Below are positions 1-11,471 of a DNA stretch of 56,296 nt, piece by piece (positions within the stretch are counted from its first letter, which is position 1; every line of letters begins with the position of its first letter). Origin of the DNA: Candidatus Woesearchaeota archaeon (GTDB lineage Archaea > Nanobdellota > Nanobdellia > Pacearchaeales > UBA284). The position numbers and the translations under genes are program-made. The notes below the pieces were generated by a model. That model saw nothing but the letters and a program-made list of their open reading frames with translations, was not told the DNA's origin and made no database searches. The stretch lies in assembly GCA_964354405.1 (NCBI GenBank), contig CAYGZP010000002.1:135671-191966 (forward strand). The letters are read 5' to 3'.

Positions 1-1716
1 ATAAATATATCTGTCATTACAAGTCCCAAAAGGACACCAAGGGAACCCAGAACCAATATTAATTTTTTCATAAGTTTCTGCTTTTAATTCGGGATCTGGC
101 AGTTGTTCAGGAATAACTTTACCTTTCCACCACAAAACTTTTTCCCAATCACCCCATCTAATTAATGAAACTCCATCAGTTGTTCTTACATTCGCAATAT
201 TATTGTAAGCTCCGCATTTTCCCAAGCTTTTGCATCTTTTTGCCATTGCAACGCTCCAAGCCTTTTCTCTATCTACTGCTTCAACAGAAGGGTTGCCCAT
301 AGGATCCGCCCCACCAATTTCACAATTTTCCTTACAGGCCCATCCAGCTCCAGGAATCCAGCCCCACTTGCTTTCATGCACAACCCCGTAATAACTTCCC
401 AATCCACAAGATTCATTGCTTGCAGAAGGATATTTTGGCAAGCACTTAGTCGGGGTTGCGGTAATCTCTTCTTTAGAGCTTCCTTTTAAACAATTAAGTA
501 AACGAATATATCCTGCCCCCGCAAAAAGATTAGAACCAACATAATCCCAAAAATCATTCTCACATGCTTTTAACTTAGAGTCTTTATCTTCAAATCCTGC
601 AGGCAAAAGCTTGTTATGCCAATCTCGGGCCCATTTCGCTATTTTATTATATTCATCCAGCTCATCCACCCAGTAACACATCCAATTCTTTTTACATTCA
701 ACTTCACTTAAAAGAAGACACTGTTCAGGAAAATTTGCCATACATACAGCACTTCCAGCTTCTGGCTCAATACAAATTTCTTTTCCTCCTGATTTACAAG
801 GAATTGTTTTTATCTTTCCATTGTCACAATAATGCATCCAAGAATTCCAGCCTATCGCATCTCTTCCATAGATCTCATTTGGGGTTACATTTTCTGAGGG
901 ATCGTTCCAATCATAATACCCGCACCATGACTCGCCATTCAGGTGTGTTCCAAATTTATCCGAACATTCCTGCCCGCTACATTGCGCGACTCTATCTTTC
1001 ATTTCGCACTGTTGATTCTTATTTTTATTACAATCCATGTAAACTTCTTCGGGATTCCCGCAAGAATCCATCCAGTGGACATCCTCATCAAACTCAGTAC
1101 ATCCTTTAGAAGAATGTCTCACACATTGCGAGCATACTTGCGAACAATATTTTCCACTGTTAAAACTGCCCCCACTAGCTGAGCAGCTTGCCTGGGTCAT
1201 ATAAACGCAAGCTCCTGAAATTTTACAACAGCCCTTAACTTGTTTATTAACATAATCAATGCATTCTTGATAAGTTAAATCCGGGATTATCTCAGGCACA
1301 ATGCCCTTAGATTTTGCAAGTTGATTACAACCAATTTCAGTTATATAATAAGGAGTTGAGCCAATGATACAACACTGTTTCTCGCAGGCATCAATATCAC
1401 ATTCATCATTATCAACAAAAGTGCCTCCGCCGTCATCGCACAATTTTCTTGGTGTGTTCAAAGTGCAAGTTCCTTGAACATTATCCACACAACATCCTTT
1501 CTTGCATAAAAAAGTATTCTCACAAAGCGTTGGCACCCATCCTTTAGCACATTGAGAAGCCAAAACTTCCTGGCAAATGCCCCCTTTTATATGGCCAACA
1601 ATCATTTCCTCACAACATCCGATCTGTGCCTTCACCGAAGGTAAAACAAATAGGAGAACAATCCCAAAAATTAACATTCCATATTTTAGTATATTTAGTA
1701 TATTTTCAGTTTTCAT
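1..1716 (-). CDS. Cys-rich exported protein, partial (runs off left edge; absent from ORF track)
   Basis: ATG at 1716, 1 bp after the stop of the upstream gene. Reads MKTENILNILKYGMLIFGIVLLFVLPSVKAQIGCCEE... (signal peptide, then many CC/C repeats). No stop seen in the part translated by eye. Confidence 0.8.
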   Translation of the reverse strand, partial: MKTENILNILKYGMLIFGIVLLFVLPSVKAQIGCCEEMIVGHIKGGICQEVLASQCAKGWVPTLCENTFLCKKGCCVDNVQGTCTLNTPRKLCDDGGGTFVDNDECDIDACEKQCCIIGSTPYYITEIGCNQLAKSKGIVPEIIPDLTYQECIDYVNKQVKGCCKISGACVYMTQASCSASGGSFNSGKYCSQVCSQCVRHSSKGCTEFDEDVHWMDSCGNPEEVYMDCNKNKNQQCEMKDRVAQCSGQECSDKFGTHLNGESWCGYYDWNDPSENVTPNEIYGRDAIGWNSWMHYCDNGKIKTIPCKSGGKEICIEPEAGSAVCMANFPEQCLLLSEVECKKNWMCYWVDELDEYNKIAKWARDWHNKLLPAGFEDKDSKLKACENDFWDYVGSNLFAGAGYIRLLNCLKGSSKEEITATPTKCLPKYPSASNESCGLGSYYGVVHESKWGWIPGAGWACKENCEIGGADPMGNPSVEAVDREKAWSVAMAKRCKSLGKCGAYNNIANVRTTDGVSLIRWGDWEKVLWWKGKVIPEQLPDPELKAETYEKINIGSGFPWCPFGTCNDRYIY

Positions 1717-1717
1717 T

Positions 1718-2470
1718 TTATCTTGGATAGTTTTTTATAGCGAATAAAAATGATTTACTTTCCATCGTGATATTATAAATCTCTATATTTCCATTTTCTG
1801 CAAAATCCATCGAAATATACTGCTTTTTTGGATAATTAGTCAATAGAAAATTTCCTTCACTTAATTCTTCATTTATAATGTCATTAACAATTAAAAGTTC
1901 CTCATAAAGTGGCCATTGCAAGTAAGTCTCAATTTTTTCCACTCGTTTTGTATCCTCTCCCTTAGTGATTGTAATTGCACATTCAATTGGCACATTAATC
2001 TTGCCTTCCGTCAAATTCACAGAAAATTTTAATTGATTAGCTGTGCAAGTAGAAACATCATAGCCTTGCTGAGTTGCAGCTTCTGAGAACTTGTTGAAAC
2101 AATTAGTTATAGAAGATTTCATTTTTGTAGTCAACTGTTCCTCTATGAAACCTTGTAAAGGTGAAGGGTGTTGGATTGTACATTTTTCAAGTATTGTATT
2201 AGTGTAACATAAATAAGCAACCTTATTTTCTAAGTAAGGCCAATATAATGTAGGTTCTTCGAGATAGCCTCCCTGGCTCGCGAGGGTTTCAACCATTGGC
2301 TCTAGCGCGAGATTGACACACTCCCCGATATAAGCATTAGGATCGGCGGGTTTTGCCTGAGCTCCTTTAGGAAAAAGTTTAGGAGTGAGAACAACAGCAA
2401 GAACAACAACAGCCACAATAACTACAGCGATTATAATAAACAAAGTCACTTGGCCTTTTTTACTCACCAT
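1718..2470 (-). CDS. Pilin-like protein with class III (type IV prepilin-like) signal peptide
   Basis: N-terminus MVSKKG|QVTLFIIIAVVIV matches the archaeal class III signal pattern. Confidence 0.7.
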   Translation of the reverse strand: MVSKKGQVTLFIIIAVVIVAVVVLAVVLTPKLFPKGAQAKPADPNAYIGECVNLALEPMVETLASQGGYLEEPTLYWPYLENKVAYLCYTNTILEKCTIQHPSPLQGFIEEQLTTKMKSSITNCFNKFSEAATQQGYDVSTCTANQLKFSVNLTEGKINVPIECAITITKGEDTKRVEKIETYLQWPLYEELLIVNDIINEELSEGNFLLTNYPKKQYISMDFAENGNIEIYNITMESKSFLFAIKNYPR

Positions 2471-2538
2471 TTTTCGTCAATAATTAATGGCATTTGACAT
2501 TTAAAAAGTTTTTTAAAGTATAAAATAATAGATAAAAT

Positions 2539-4818
2539 ATGGAAAAAAAGAGAACAATTATTCTTATATTTACTATAATAATCCTCTTTACTTTTATTTC
2601 GTCTGTCTTAGCATTAGATGAATTAACTCAGATAAAGAAAGGATATAACTGGCTTCAGGGCAAGACAGTAGGAAAATGGGCAAATTTGAACACAAAACAA
2701 CACGTTTTCTCGCTGCTCGCGTTGCAATACACGCTAAGCCAAGGACAAATTGATTCTTCTACAAAATCTTTGCTCGCGAAAAGCTATAACAATGGAACTT
2801 GCTGGTCCGCGACTTCTTGCAATGCAGTTGAAACAGCTCTCGCAAAAATAGCTTTAGATTCTGCAGGCAAAGATTCAGACAAGGCAACTGAATGGCTAAA
2901 CAGCAAAAAAATTGCTCCTTCAACTAATTTAGTCTGGTTTTTGCAATTAACCCAGGTTCAAGGAAATGAGATGAGATGTGTCTTACGATATGATACAACA
3001 TCTGGGGAAGTGGGCTTTGACAAAAGGGGGGTCATTAATTATATGGACAATTCATTATCAAATTGCTTCAGCAATGCAACATACTGGTTACAACTCGCAC
3101 CAGTCTGCGCAAACAAGACATTTGAAGTAAGCTGCAGCGATTCAGCATTGGCAAATTTCTTATTCAAAAAAGAAAATGAGTGGTTTGTAACAAGCAAGAC
3201 TTATCAAATCTCTCCGCAAGGTAGTGTGAGCATGAAATTAAATAGTTATTGTATCGCTCAGGGCTCGAATTGCGATTACGAATCAACCTTATGGACCGCA
3301 TACGCGTTCTTCCTCGACGGACAACAGGATATCGCCAAGAGCTTTGTCCCATATCTCGTGATTGAAGCAAACAACAGCAAAAAATTCTTGCCTCAAGCAA
3401 TACTCTTCAAGATAACTGGCAAAGACAGTTATGCAGAGGACATAGCAAAATTACAAGATTCTCAAGGATTCATAGTTCCTAAAGGAGTGAGCAGCGCATA
3501 TAACAAATATTATGATTCCTCACTCGCAAAAATGACTGGCTCAGCTTACAAAGCAGATTTGACAAAATTGAAAGCCAAACTGTTAAGCGAGCAAAAAGTT
3601 GATGGCTCTTGGCAATGTTCTGGATTTGGCTGCGACACAAGTTATATCAGAGAAACTGCAATGATTCTCTCAGCATTCTGGCCAAGTTTTGAATGGCGAA
3701 GTGAATGCGAGTCAGAAGGTTATGCTTGCGCGCTAAATTGCAGTGCTTTGGGCGCAGTTGCACAGCCATATGGATGTTATCCAGAAAGCTATGAATGCTG
3801 CAATGTTATTTATGATTGTGAGATGAAATATGGAACTTGCAAGCCAAGTTGCTCAGCAGCATTGAATGAATCCCAAGTCCCTTATACTTGTTCAACTGGA
3901 GTTTGCTGCAAAGATTATAGCAAGTCACTTTGTATAACAGAAATTCATGGCGTGATTTGTGTCGCAGGACAAGAGTGTTTGAATACTCAAGGAGGGATAA
4001 TTCCTTTCATCTATGCAAGCGGCGAGCCTCGTTGTTGCAAAGGAACATGCTCATTAGGGGTAGGCGGTCCAAGTTGCGCAAGCCAAGGCGGAGTGGTCTG
4101 TGATACAAGTCAAGGAAAATCCTGCATTAATGGTGGAGATCTCGAGGCATATGATACAAATAATTGCTGCCAGGCAAGTAAATGTGTAACTGGAGTTCAA
4201 ACTTGCGCTCAGATGTCTGGTTTGATATGTACAAGTGATGAAGATTGTAAAGATGGTGTTCTCACAGAGGCGAGCGACACAAATGGAATGGCAACATGTT
4301 GTATCGAATACGGGACTTGCATTCCACAAACATGTCAATATGAATCATGCGAAGCAGAAGAAAGCTGCTCAGGAAACATGTTTGAAACATCTGATGCATT
4401 AAGATGTTGTGATGGCACTTGTCTTGCCTCATGCTCATCTCAACAAGGAACACCTTGCAACACAACATTATCATGCAAGGGCACATTAAAACAAACAGCA
4501 GACACAACTCGATGCTGCATAGGAACATGCCAGAAAAAAGGCGGATTCCCATGGTGGATAATTATAGTTATAGTAATATTAGGAGTAGCTGGATTATTGT
4601 TCTATCTAATAAAGACAGGAAAAATAAAATTAAAAGGATTAGGCAAGCCAAAAGCAGCACAGCCCCGGGTTGAATTCGGCAATTTCCCAATGCAGGCGCT
4701 TCCTCCAAGAACCTTGCCTCCGCGCCAACCAATGCCAATGCAAAAGCCCATAGCAAAGCCGATGCAACCAGCAGCAATCAAGAAAAAACTTCCTCCAACA
4801 CCCAAACCAAGCGCATAA
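2539..4818 (+). CDS. Exported protein: prenyltransferase/squalene-oxidase-like alpha-barrel, Cys-rich repeats, C-terminal TM, Pro-rich tail
   Basis: Signal peptide; QxxDGSW-like motifs (QDSQGF, EQKVDGSW); about 8 Cys-rich modules; TM FPWWIIIVIVILGVAGLLFYLI. Confidence 0.65.
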   Translation: MEKKRTIILIFTIIILFTFISSVLALDELTQIKKGYNWLQGKTVGKWANLNTKQHVFSLLALQYTLSQGQIDSSTKSLLAKSYNNGTCWSATSCNAVETALAKIALDSAGKDSDKATEWLNSKKIAPSTNLVWFLQLTQVQGNEMRCVLRYDTTSGEVGFDKRGVINYMDNSLSNCFSNATYWLQLAPVCANKTFEVSCSDSALANFLFKKENEWFVTSKTYQISPQGSVSMKLNSYCIAQGSNCDYESTLWTAYAFFLDGQQDIAKSFVPYLVIEANNSKKFLPQAILFKITGKDSYAEDIAKLQDSQGFIVPKGVSSAYNKYYDSSLAKMTGSAYKADLTKLKAKLLSEQKVDGSWQCSGFGCDTSYIRETAMILSAFWPSFEWRSECESEGYACALNCSALGAVAQPYGCYPESYECCNVIYDCEMKYGTCKPSCSAALNESQVPYTCSTGVCCKDYSKSLCITEIHGVICVAGQECLNTQGGIIPFIYASGEPRCCKGTCSLGVGGPSCASQGGVVCDTSQGKSCINGGDLEAYDTNNCCQASKCVTGVQTCAQMSGLICTSDEDCKDGVLTEASDTNGMATCCIEYGTCIPQTCQYESCEAEESCSGNMFETSDALRCCDGTCLASCSSQQGTPCNTTLSCKGTLKQTADTTRCCIGTCQKKGGFPWWIIIVIVILGVAGLLFYLIKTGKIKLKGLGKPKAAQPRVEFGNFPMQALPPRTLPPRQPMPMQKPIAKPMQPAAIKKKLPPTPKPSA

Positions 4819-4841
4819 TTATTTCTAAGTGTTGTTAATTG

Positions 4842-4864
4842 TTTGACAGGCGAGGTTTGTCAGA
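4842..4864. terminator. Possible hairpin terminator between convergent genes
   Basis: TGACAGG-CGAGG-TTTGTCA imperfect inverted repeat in the 70-bp gap. Confidence 0.3.
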
Positions 4865-4888
4865 ATTATATTAATAATATATTACTAA

Positions 4889-7708
4889 TTATTTCTTAAA
4901 AATATTGTAAGGAGATGATACAGGAGACTCACCCAAACCTTCAGATAGCATTTTACTTTTATCTTTGCCTTCTTTTCCTTTTTTCTCCTTGCTCTTTTTC
5001 TTCAATTTCTCCCACGCAAAAGCTATCTGCTCTTTATTCCATCCTGCTTTCAAAAGCTGCTGCTCAATCTGCTCCTTTTTCATTCCCTTTGCCTGAGCAT
5101 TTGTGATAAAATTCATAATATTGTAGACATCACCGGGATTCTTGAATAATTTTTTCTCAAGTTTCGCGTCATAGCCTTTCCAGACAAACCACAAAACAGC
5201 TGCAATTATCAACAGAATCAATATAATAAAGAATATTGCCAAGCCCCATGGTGTCTTGACTTCTTTTCCAGGAGTTCCGCCGCCCTGAACATTAAGCTCG
5301 CTCAAAGCAGGCGAGGCAAAGAAAACAAGAGTTGAGAAATCTTGTCTGCCAGGCAATGCAAGACTAACAGTCTCGCTCGAGCTCAAGTCACTGAACTCAA
5401 AGCCAATAGCATCATTCAGATTGTGAACATCATAACTGCCCTGCTTGTTGACTTTCACACTATTATAGCTAACCCCAGAAGGCAGCAAAAAGATTAAATA
5501 AACATCACTTGAACTTGCAGCAACAGGATCAATTCTTATATTGACAATCGTGGCTTTGTCCTCAACTATAGTTTCATAAGCCATTGTCTTAATCTGCCCG
5601 CTAAGCTTCAATTCAACATTATCTTGTTGCCAGGTAGCTATTGCGTTTTTGTATGACTCTTCATTATCGCTGTCGTAAGTCTCCTCAGTTATCTCAGGAA
5701 TATATGAAGGCTGTATATTTTCAACACTAACATAATAAGATGATTCAATCAATCTTAACGAGTCAGTTATATTCAAGGGCAAGTTCATTGCATCGAGCTG
5801 TGATTTCATTCCAGGCAGTTGAGATGGGGCTGCTGTAGGAAGCTGAGCTTTCAATGTTGTTAGAGTGGAATTAATCTCAGTTAAATTCAAGGCAAACATA
5901 TCTTTGTACCATAATTCAAGAGAAGCGAATTGCAAAGTCAATGTGTTGACTCGGGCAATCATATTATTTATTGTTGAGTTTAACAATTCCTTGGTGATGT
6001 TGCTCGTGATTGTAAAACTTTTCGAGCCAATCATATTTCCGCTATCTTTGGCTTTGACAGTTAAAGTGTAAGTTCCTAAAGCATAAAGATGAGTTGCATT
6101 TGGTTCGAATGTTGTTTGTTCAGCGCTTCCATCACCCCAATTCCAAATATAATTAGTTATTGTTCTTCCTCCAGATGGAATTGCAACAACTCTAAATCTA
6201 GTTATTTGTCCAGGAATCACAGTAAGAGGAGTCACGCTCGCGATGTTTGGAACTGGCTCGACTTTAAACTGTTTCGAATCTCCCTGAGTTGAAGTTCCTA
6301 TTATCTGTGCATTGATTGTATAAGTTGCCTGTTGTTGTGGAGCTGTAACATTCAACGCAGCAAAGCTCAATGACTGTGCTTGCGATTGTGAACTCAAGTT
6401 CAATTTCGGCCAATTCACAGCTAAATCATAAAAGTAATTGTGTGATGTCGGCCCTGTTCCTTGCGGCTGGAACTTGAAAAGAATATCGCTTAAAGTCAAA
6501 GTTTGAGTAGCAAGCGATACAAACTTCATTGGAATAACACAGCCTCCAGAAATAGTGCAGTCATTGTTATACTTGGAAGCAATATAATTTTTGACATAAG
6601 TTGGCAAAACAATTCCGCCAATCACAGAAGTTTCATTAAATATTTCTTCGCCATTAAATGGAGCAAAGTTGGCTTCATGAGCTGAGATAGCATAATCTTC
6701 ATTGTAAGCTGGCGCGTTCGAGGAAGGAACACCATAGAAACCGCAAACAGGAGTTGTAGTTTCTTTCTTTATGTTATAGACTGCGGCAGAAGAATAAGAG
6801 CGCGCAACACAAATAAAATATGAGTCTTTTTTATCAATATAGAAATTAGTTGGCTCGCCATATTCATCTATCCCAACAACACAACTTGCAGAATCATAGG
6901 TTGCCGAATCAAACCACTCAACAGTACAATTGCCTTTAACATTTCCAGAAGTGTCATAAACATAAAAGATAATATCATTTCCAACAGGCTCGTTGTTAGG
7001 AACGCTGCCATCTAATTTTGCCTGCACAGCAACTTCAAGCTTTCCTGTCTTGCTCAAGTTGAATTTTTGGCAATAAGGGGTTGTTGTCAAGTCAGATGCA
7101 GATGTCGCAGCAGCTGCATTAAAGCATTCGCTGTTCCTCAAGACAGAACACCATGTTTCAGCAGCTTCTTTATATTCAAAATCAATTGAGCCATCATCCA
7201 ATAAATCCAGTTTCAAAGGACTCTCGCCGCAAACATCTTGTCCAGAACTCTGTCCTGTGACTAAGAAACTCAAGGCCATGATTTGAGGATTAGTTCCTTG
7301 AGCAGCCAATCCAAAATATTTGTCTCCAACACCAAGAGGAACTGTTTTGCTCGGTGCAGGCGATGTCGCAGTATATGTCACATTGCAATCAGAAGGAACA
7401 CAAGTGAATTGAGCATTAGCCTTTTTCAAAAAATTTAATAATGTTGCATTAAAAACAGTATTTCCAGGAGTTATAGTTGCCTTTACAATCGCGCTCCCAG
7501 GCTCGTTAAGAAGTGAGAAATTCAGCGAGCCTTCCAAAACCTGCCCCTGCCCGAACCCGCTCTGCGACAAGTTGAAAAAAGGCGATCCTTTAGTTATCGA
7601 CGCCGAAGCGAAGTTAATAGATAATAGGAGAAGCACAGCCAAGAGAAATGCGCTTGTCAAAATCGAAAAACCTCTTTTCTCAAAATCCATTTTACTTTTT
7701 CTCTTCAC
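4889..7708 (-). CDS. PKD-domain cell-surface protein, C-terminal TM anchor
   Basis: Signal peptide; PKD motif YIWNWGDGS...ATHLY..GTYTLTV; TM near C-terminus; cytoplasmic helical tail. Confidence 0.75.
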   Translation of the reverse strand: MKRKSKMDFEKRGFSILTSAFLLAVLLLLSINFASASITKGSPFFNLSQSGFGQGQVLEGSLNFSLLNEPGSAIVKATITPGNTVFNATLLNFLKKANAQFTCVPSDCNVTYTATSPAPSKTVPLGVGDKYFGLAAQGTNPQIMALSFLVTGQSSGQDVCGESPLKLDLLDDGSIDFEYKEAAETWCSVLRNSECFNAAAATSASDLTTTPYCQKFNLSKTGKLEVAVQAKLDGSVPNNEPVGNDIIFYVYDTSGNVKGNCTVEWFDSATYDSASCVVGIDEYGEPTNFYIDKKDSYFICVARSYSSAAVYNIKKETTTPVCGFYGVPSSNAPAYNEDYAISAHEANFAPFNGEEIFNETSVIGGIVLPTYVKNYIASKYNNDCTISGGCVIPMKFVSLATQTLTLSDILFKFQPQGTGPTSHNYFYDLAVNWPKLNLSSQSQAQSLSFAALNVTAPQQQATYTINAQIIGTSTQGDSKQFKVEPVPNIASVTPLTVIPGQITRFRVVAIPSGGRTITNYIWNWGDGSAEQTTFEPNATHLYALGTYTLTVKAKDSGNMIGSKSFTITSNITKELLNSTINNMIARVNTLTLQFASLELWYKDMFALNLTEINSTLTTLKAQLPTAAPSQLPGMKSQLDAMNLPLNITDSLRLIESSYYVSVENIQPSYIPEITEETYDSDNEESYKNAIATWQQDNVELKLSGQIKTMAYETIVEDKATIVNIRIDPVAASSSDVYLIFLLPSGVSYNSVKVNKQGSYDVHNLNDAIGFEFSDLSSSETVSLALPGRQDFSTLVFFASPALSELNVQGGGTPGKEVKTPWGLAIFFIILILLIIAAVLWFVWKGYDAKLEKKLFKNPGDVYNIMNFITNAQAKGMKKEQIEQQLLKAGWNKEQIAFAWEKLKKKSKEKKGKEGKDKSKMLSEGLGESPVSSPYNIFKK

Positions 7709-7791
7709 TTACCTCTTTTTTCTTTTTGTATTGATAATTTCGCGTGAAAAACCTTTTGAATTTCAAGGCTTATCACTTCTCCCATTATATC

Positions 7792-10700
7792 CTATTTCTT
7801 TTTAGTATTAATAAAAACATAAATTACAATAATCAATGACAACACAGCCAAAACATTCCACCACGCAAAGAAAGGCAATGGCTTGAAAGTCATGCCGCAT
7901 GTTATACATTCTGTTTCTGTTTGTTGATAACTGGTTAATACACAATCAGAATAATCTGACTTACAAGTCGGGCTAGTTATACAAGTGGTAATCATTTCCC
8001 TCTGATTTGAGTTTCCTTGGCATCCATCCTCACAGTTTCCATAACTTCTGCTGTATTCACAATAAGATTGGCCTCCAGAAGTTCCATATTGTATTTTCTG
8101 GACACATTTTGGAACAGTTGTTGTAGTATCCCAAGCACACCAACAATCTTCCGCGTTTGCAGGACAATTATAATTTCCGACATAACAAGTATCCAAATCA
8201 CAGGTTGATTTATTATCATAGCCCGAACAAGTCACTGGACCTTCATTATCTTTGTAACAGTGCTTGCAATAGATATTGCCCGACAATCCTTGGGGGAAAT
8301 CCCAATAACAATTTCCCCACAAATCTGTTTTATTACATTTTACTTCAGTATTATTACCATGACAAATGCTTGGATTGATATCAGCGACACAAACATTACC
8401 CTGGCAATTTGGAGTAGGCGAAGTGCAGGGAACGATTTGTCCAGGATGTGTTGGTCAAACACATTTTGTTTTTGAATCATAACAAACGCCGCAAGGATGA
8501 CTTGAATCAACACAATAACATTGTCCTCCGGGAGCTCCTGAAGCAAATTTGAAAATTCCGAAGTTTCCCTTTGTCTTCTCACCAATCTTGACATTTGCAT
8601 AAGTTCCATTGTATATTCTGGCGATGCTCGCATTCATTGTTTTGCCTTTCAAATTCGCAGGAATTGGATTAGGCACAGTCCAATTAGAGATATATCTTTT
8701 ATTCACAATATCTTTTGTAACCACAGTCATGTTATTCATAGTAACTGTAATGCTTGGTTCGCCGCCGACAACACTTCCCGTCGGAGGCTGAACTCCGCTG
8801 CCAGTCGAAGAAGCAATAATCTCCATCTTATTTACATTTAAACATTTACTCATGTCTTCAACTGTAATGTTCAACTCTATTTTCTCGCTCTCATTGCACC
8901 ATCCATCATTGCCACAATATAATTTTATTTTAGCCTCAGTTATTTTACAAACTGGTTGAGGAGGGAGCTCGCTTGCAAAAGTGAAAGTTCCTGTAGCGCT
9001 TCCTGTAACTATTTGCCCTGTCAAATTAAATAACTTTGAAAGGTAAGCACTGACGGGCCTATTTTCGCAGTTTGCAGGAATTAAAATCGTCCAATTAGCA
9101 AAATATCTTTTGTTAGCACTATCTTTTTGGATTGGCGTCGAATTTATCATGTAAGCAAAACACTCGCCATCAGGAGGCTGAGCAGTATCTTTAACATCAA
9201 TCTCAATTTTATTTACATGCACATCTTCACATTTTGCAAAATCTTGAACAGTTATGTTTAAAGTAATATTCTCGCCATTTTCGCAATTTGCGCTTAAACC
9301 CCCTGCACAATTCGGTGCAACAGTTGCACTATTGATTTTACAAAGGGGGGGTAAAGCAGAGCAAGGGTTAGTACACCCCGTTCTTCCTTGATCATTCCAA
9401 TTGTAAGGAACATCGCATGTGTTATCTGATCCAGAATTTTGAGCAGTTGTAGAATTATATATATCTTGATTTTCATTATTGCATAGTCTATTCAAAGTGA
9501 TAGAATTTCCTTTTCCTGTGCCCTGTATAGAAAGTCCTGCAGAGATAGCACTACCAAACTTAATATTAGATTCTACAACATTCTTAGTTATTTGATTGTT
9601 AAAACCTTGGGCAAGAATACCATAACGATTAGTTGAACGAACCGTATTGTTAATGACTATAGTACTATTAGATTCTAGTAAGCCTATTCCTGTAAACCAG
9701 TCTGTAAATGTACAATTTTTTATGGTATTTCCAGTTTGGCCCGATACTTTAATACCATAATCAAACTCGGCGTCATCTCCATCGATTATATGATTTTGAC
9801 AATCAAAAATTTTATTATTAAAGTTGGACTGATATCCCGGATCTATACAAGTATTAGGCGTGTTAAGGATATCTGTTGTTAATTTAACAATACCACAACC
9901 TGAGGTGTTCAACTTTGCAGAACATTCTGAACATGAACCACAATTACATTCTACACCCCCAACGCACTGACCATTTGAACAGTAAGGATAGCCATAGAAT
10001 TGACAATTGTATTCTGTAGCATCACACAAGGTTCCAACACAATAATATTCTTTCACGATGGGTTCGCCTTGCGGGCCTGTAAGACAAACATCTGTATAAC
10101 TTCCAGTTGCATTAGTACAAGTACCCTTGACTATCTTATTATCCCCACCATCGGTGTCTGTGCATCCACCACCGCCGCCACATTTCCCATCTTGACAAGG
10201 GCATTCCTTTAAATCACCATAGCAGTTATTATTGGAATGACAATAATATTCATATAACAAGGTAGAATTATGGCAATAGTCAATGTAGGCGCCATTAATC
10301 CCAGTACAAGTTCCTCTAACATCATAATTTTTCCCACCATCGCTGTCTGTGCATTGTGGTGGCAGTGTTTGATATTCACAACCATTAGCCCAATCTCCAT
10401 CTCGATTTTCCCACCCCGACTCACACTTGACACAAGATTTTATACACGAAGTAAAAGCAGTTCCTTGTTTATCACACCATCTTGTATATTCTACATAACC
10501 AGAAGGACAATTTATTTGAGAATAACAGGAAGAACATGTCCCAGCATCCTCATCAACAAAATCAACAGAGGTTATTGATGTGCCACTAAGGTCTTTTTTA
10601 CAAATTCTCCAACATTTACGGTTGTTAAAAGTGGGAAAGCAACCACTAATATAACAAGAAAATTTAGGGCGGCCAGAAGTTTCACAACTTGTGTGGGTAC

Positions 10701-10914
10701 CTATTGAAGAATATCCACTAGGGCAGAGAATAAGATTGAAGCAATCTCGAAGAATAACATCCCCACAAGCAGACCAACTGCAACTCATACCCTTTTGATA
10801 TATTTTAATTAAAGAAGAATCACGGCATAAATCAGCCCTTACTTCAACAACACAAATCAACAAAACAAAAAAGACCACTAAACTAACTAACAACAACTTT
10901 CCTCTTTTCATCAT
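7792..10914 (-). CDS. Large Cys-rich surface protein (CTDSDGG repeats, beta-helix, C-terminal TM) interrupted by one in-frame TGA at 8455-8457
   Basis: ORFs 8455-10914 and 7792-8322 are in the same frame. The 44 codons between them are open and Cys-rich (CV*PTHPGQIVPCTSPTPNCQGNVC...). Confidence 0.75.
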
Positions 10915-10976
10915 CTTATTTTAACGATTTTCACCTTTTTAAAATTTATTAAACTCGCGTGGGTTTGCTCTTTGCT

Positions 10977-11471
10977 CTATAATTCAACAAAAGCTTTTCT
11001 TAATTCTTCTATTTTAATCGTATTTAGATTTTGAATAAACAGTTTAATTTGAACTATAAAATCTTCAGCTTTCTTTAACATGTCCTCAGCAGATTCTTTT
11101 GTTAAAATAACACTGTCTTTTGATGTAACATAATATTGCTTGTCTATTCTTTCTTCTTTAGCAAAAGATATGATTTTGAATAGTCCATTCTCATTGAATA
11201 ATTCTTTAAGAAGTAAAATAGATGCGGTGTGATTTTCGCATTTTATGCCTATTTTAAACAGTAAAGCAGTCAAAGAGTTATACATAGTATAATAAGACAT
11301 CGAGATAGAGTTTTCATAAAGTTTGCTTTGTAACAATATTTTAGCGGATTTAAAACAACCATCAGCTTTTTCTAGATAAGACTTACAAATTTCTTCAGAC
11401 GACTCTACTAATTTTAATTTGCTTTCTTCTTTAAGCTTATTCAAAAAAGTTTGTTTTGTCATAAAATTCAT
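10977..11471 (-). CDS. HEPN domain protein (MNT-HEPN pair 1)
   Basis: YYTMYNS...CENH...RIDKQYY pattern; overlaps the MNT gene. Confidence 0.8.
   Translation of the reverse strand: MNFMTKQTFLNKLKEESKLKLVESSEEICKSYLEKADGCFKSAKILLQSKLYENSISMSYYTMYNSLTALLFKIGIKCENHTASILLLKELFNENGLFKIISFAKEERIDKQYYVTSKDSVILTKESAEDMLKKAEDFIVQIKLFIQNLNTIKIEELRKAFVEL

Noticed and set aside
735..1182. Plus-strand ORFs 735-1109 and 943-1182
   Set aside because: Antisense shadows of the long minus-strand Cys-rich gene
8455..8457. Genome-wide TGA recoding or selenocysteine
   Set aside because: TGA ends conserved genes here (e.g. L30e, Rpp30); only one internal TGA was seen; no SECIS or Sec machinery is visible
8340..8633. 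97-aa ORF as a frameshift bridge
   Set aside because: The flanking ORFs are already in one frame; this is an alternative-frame shadow
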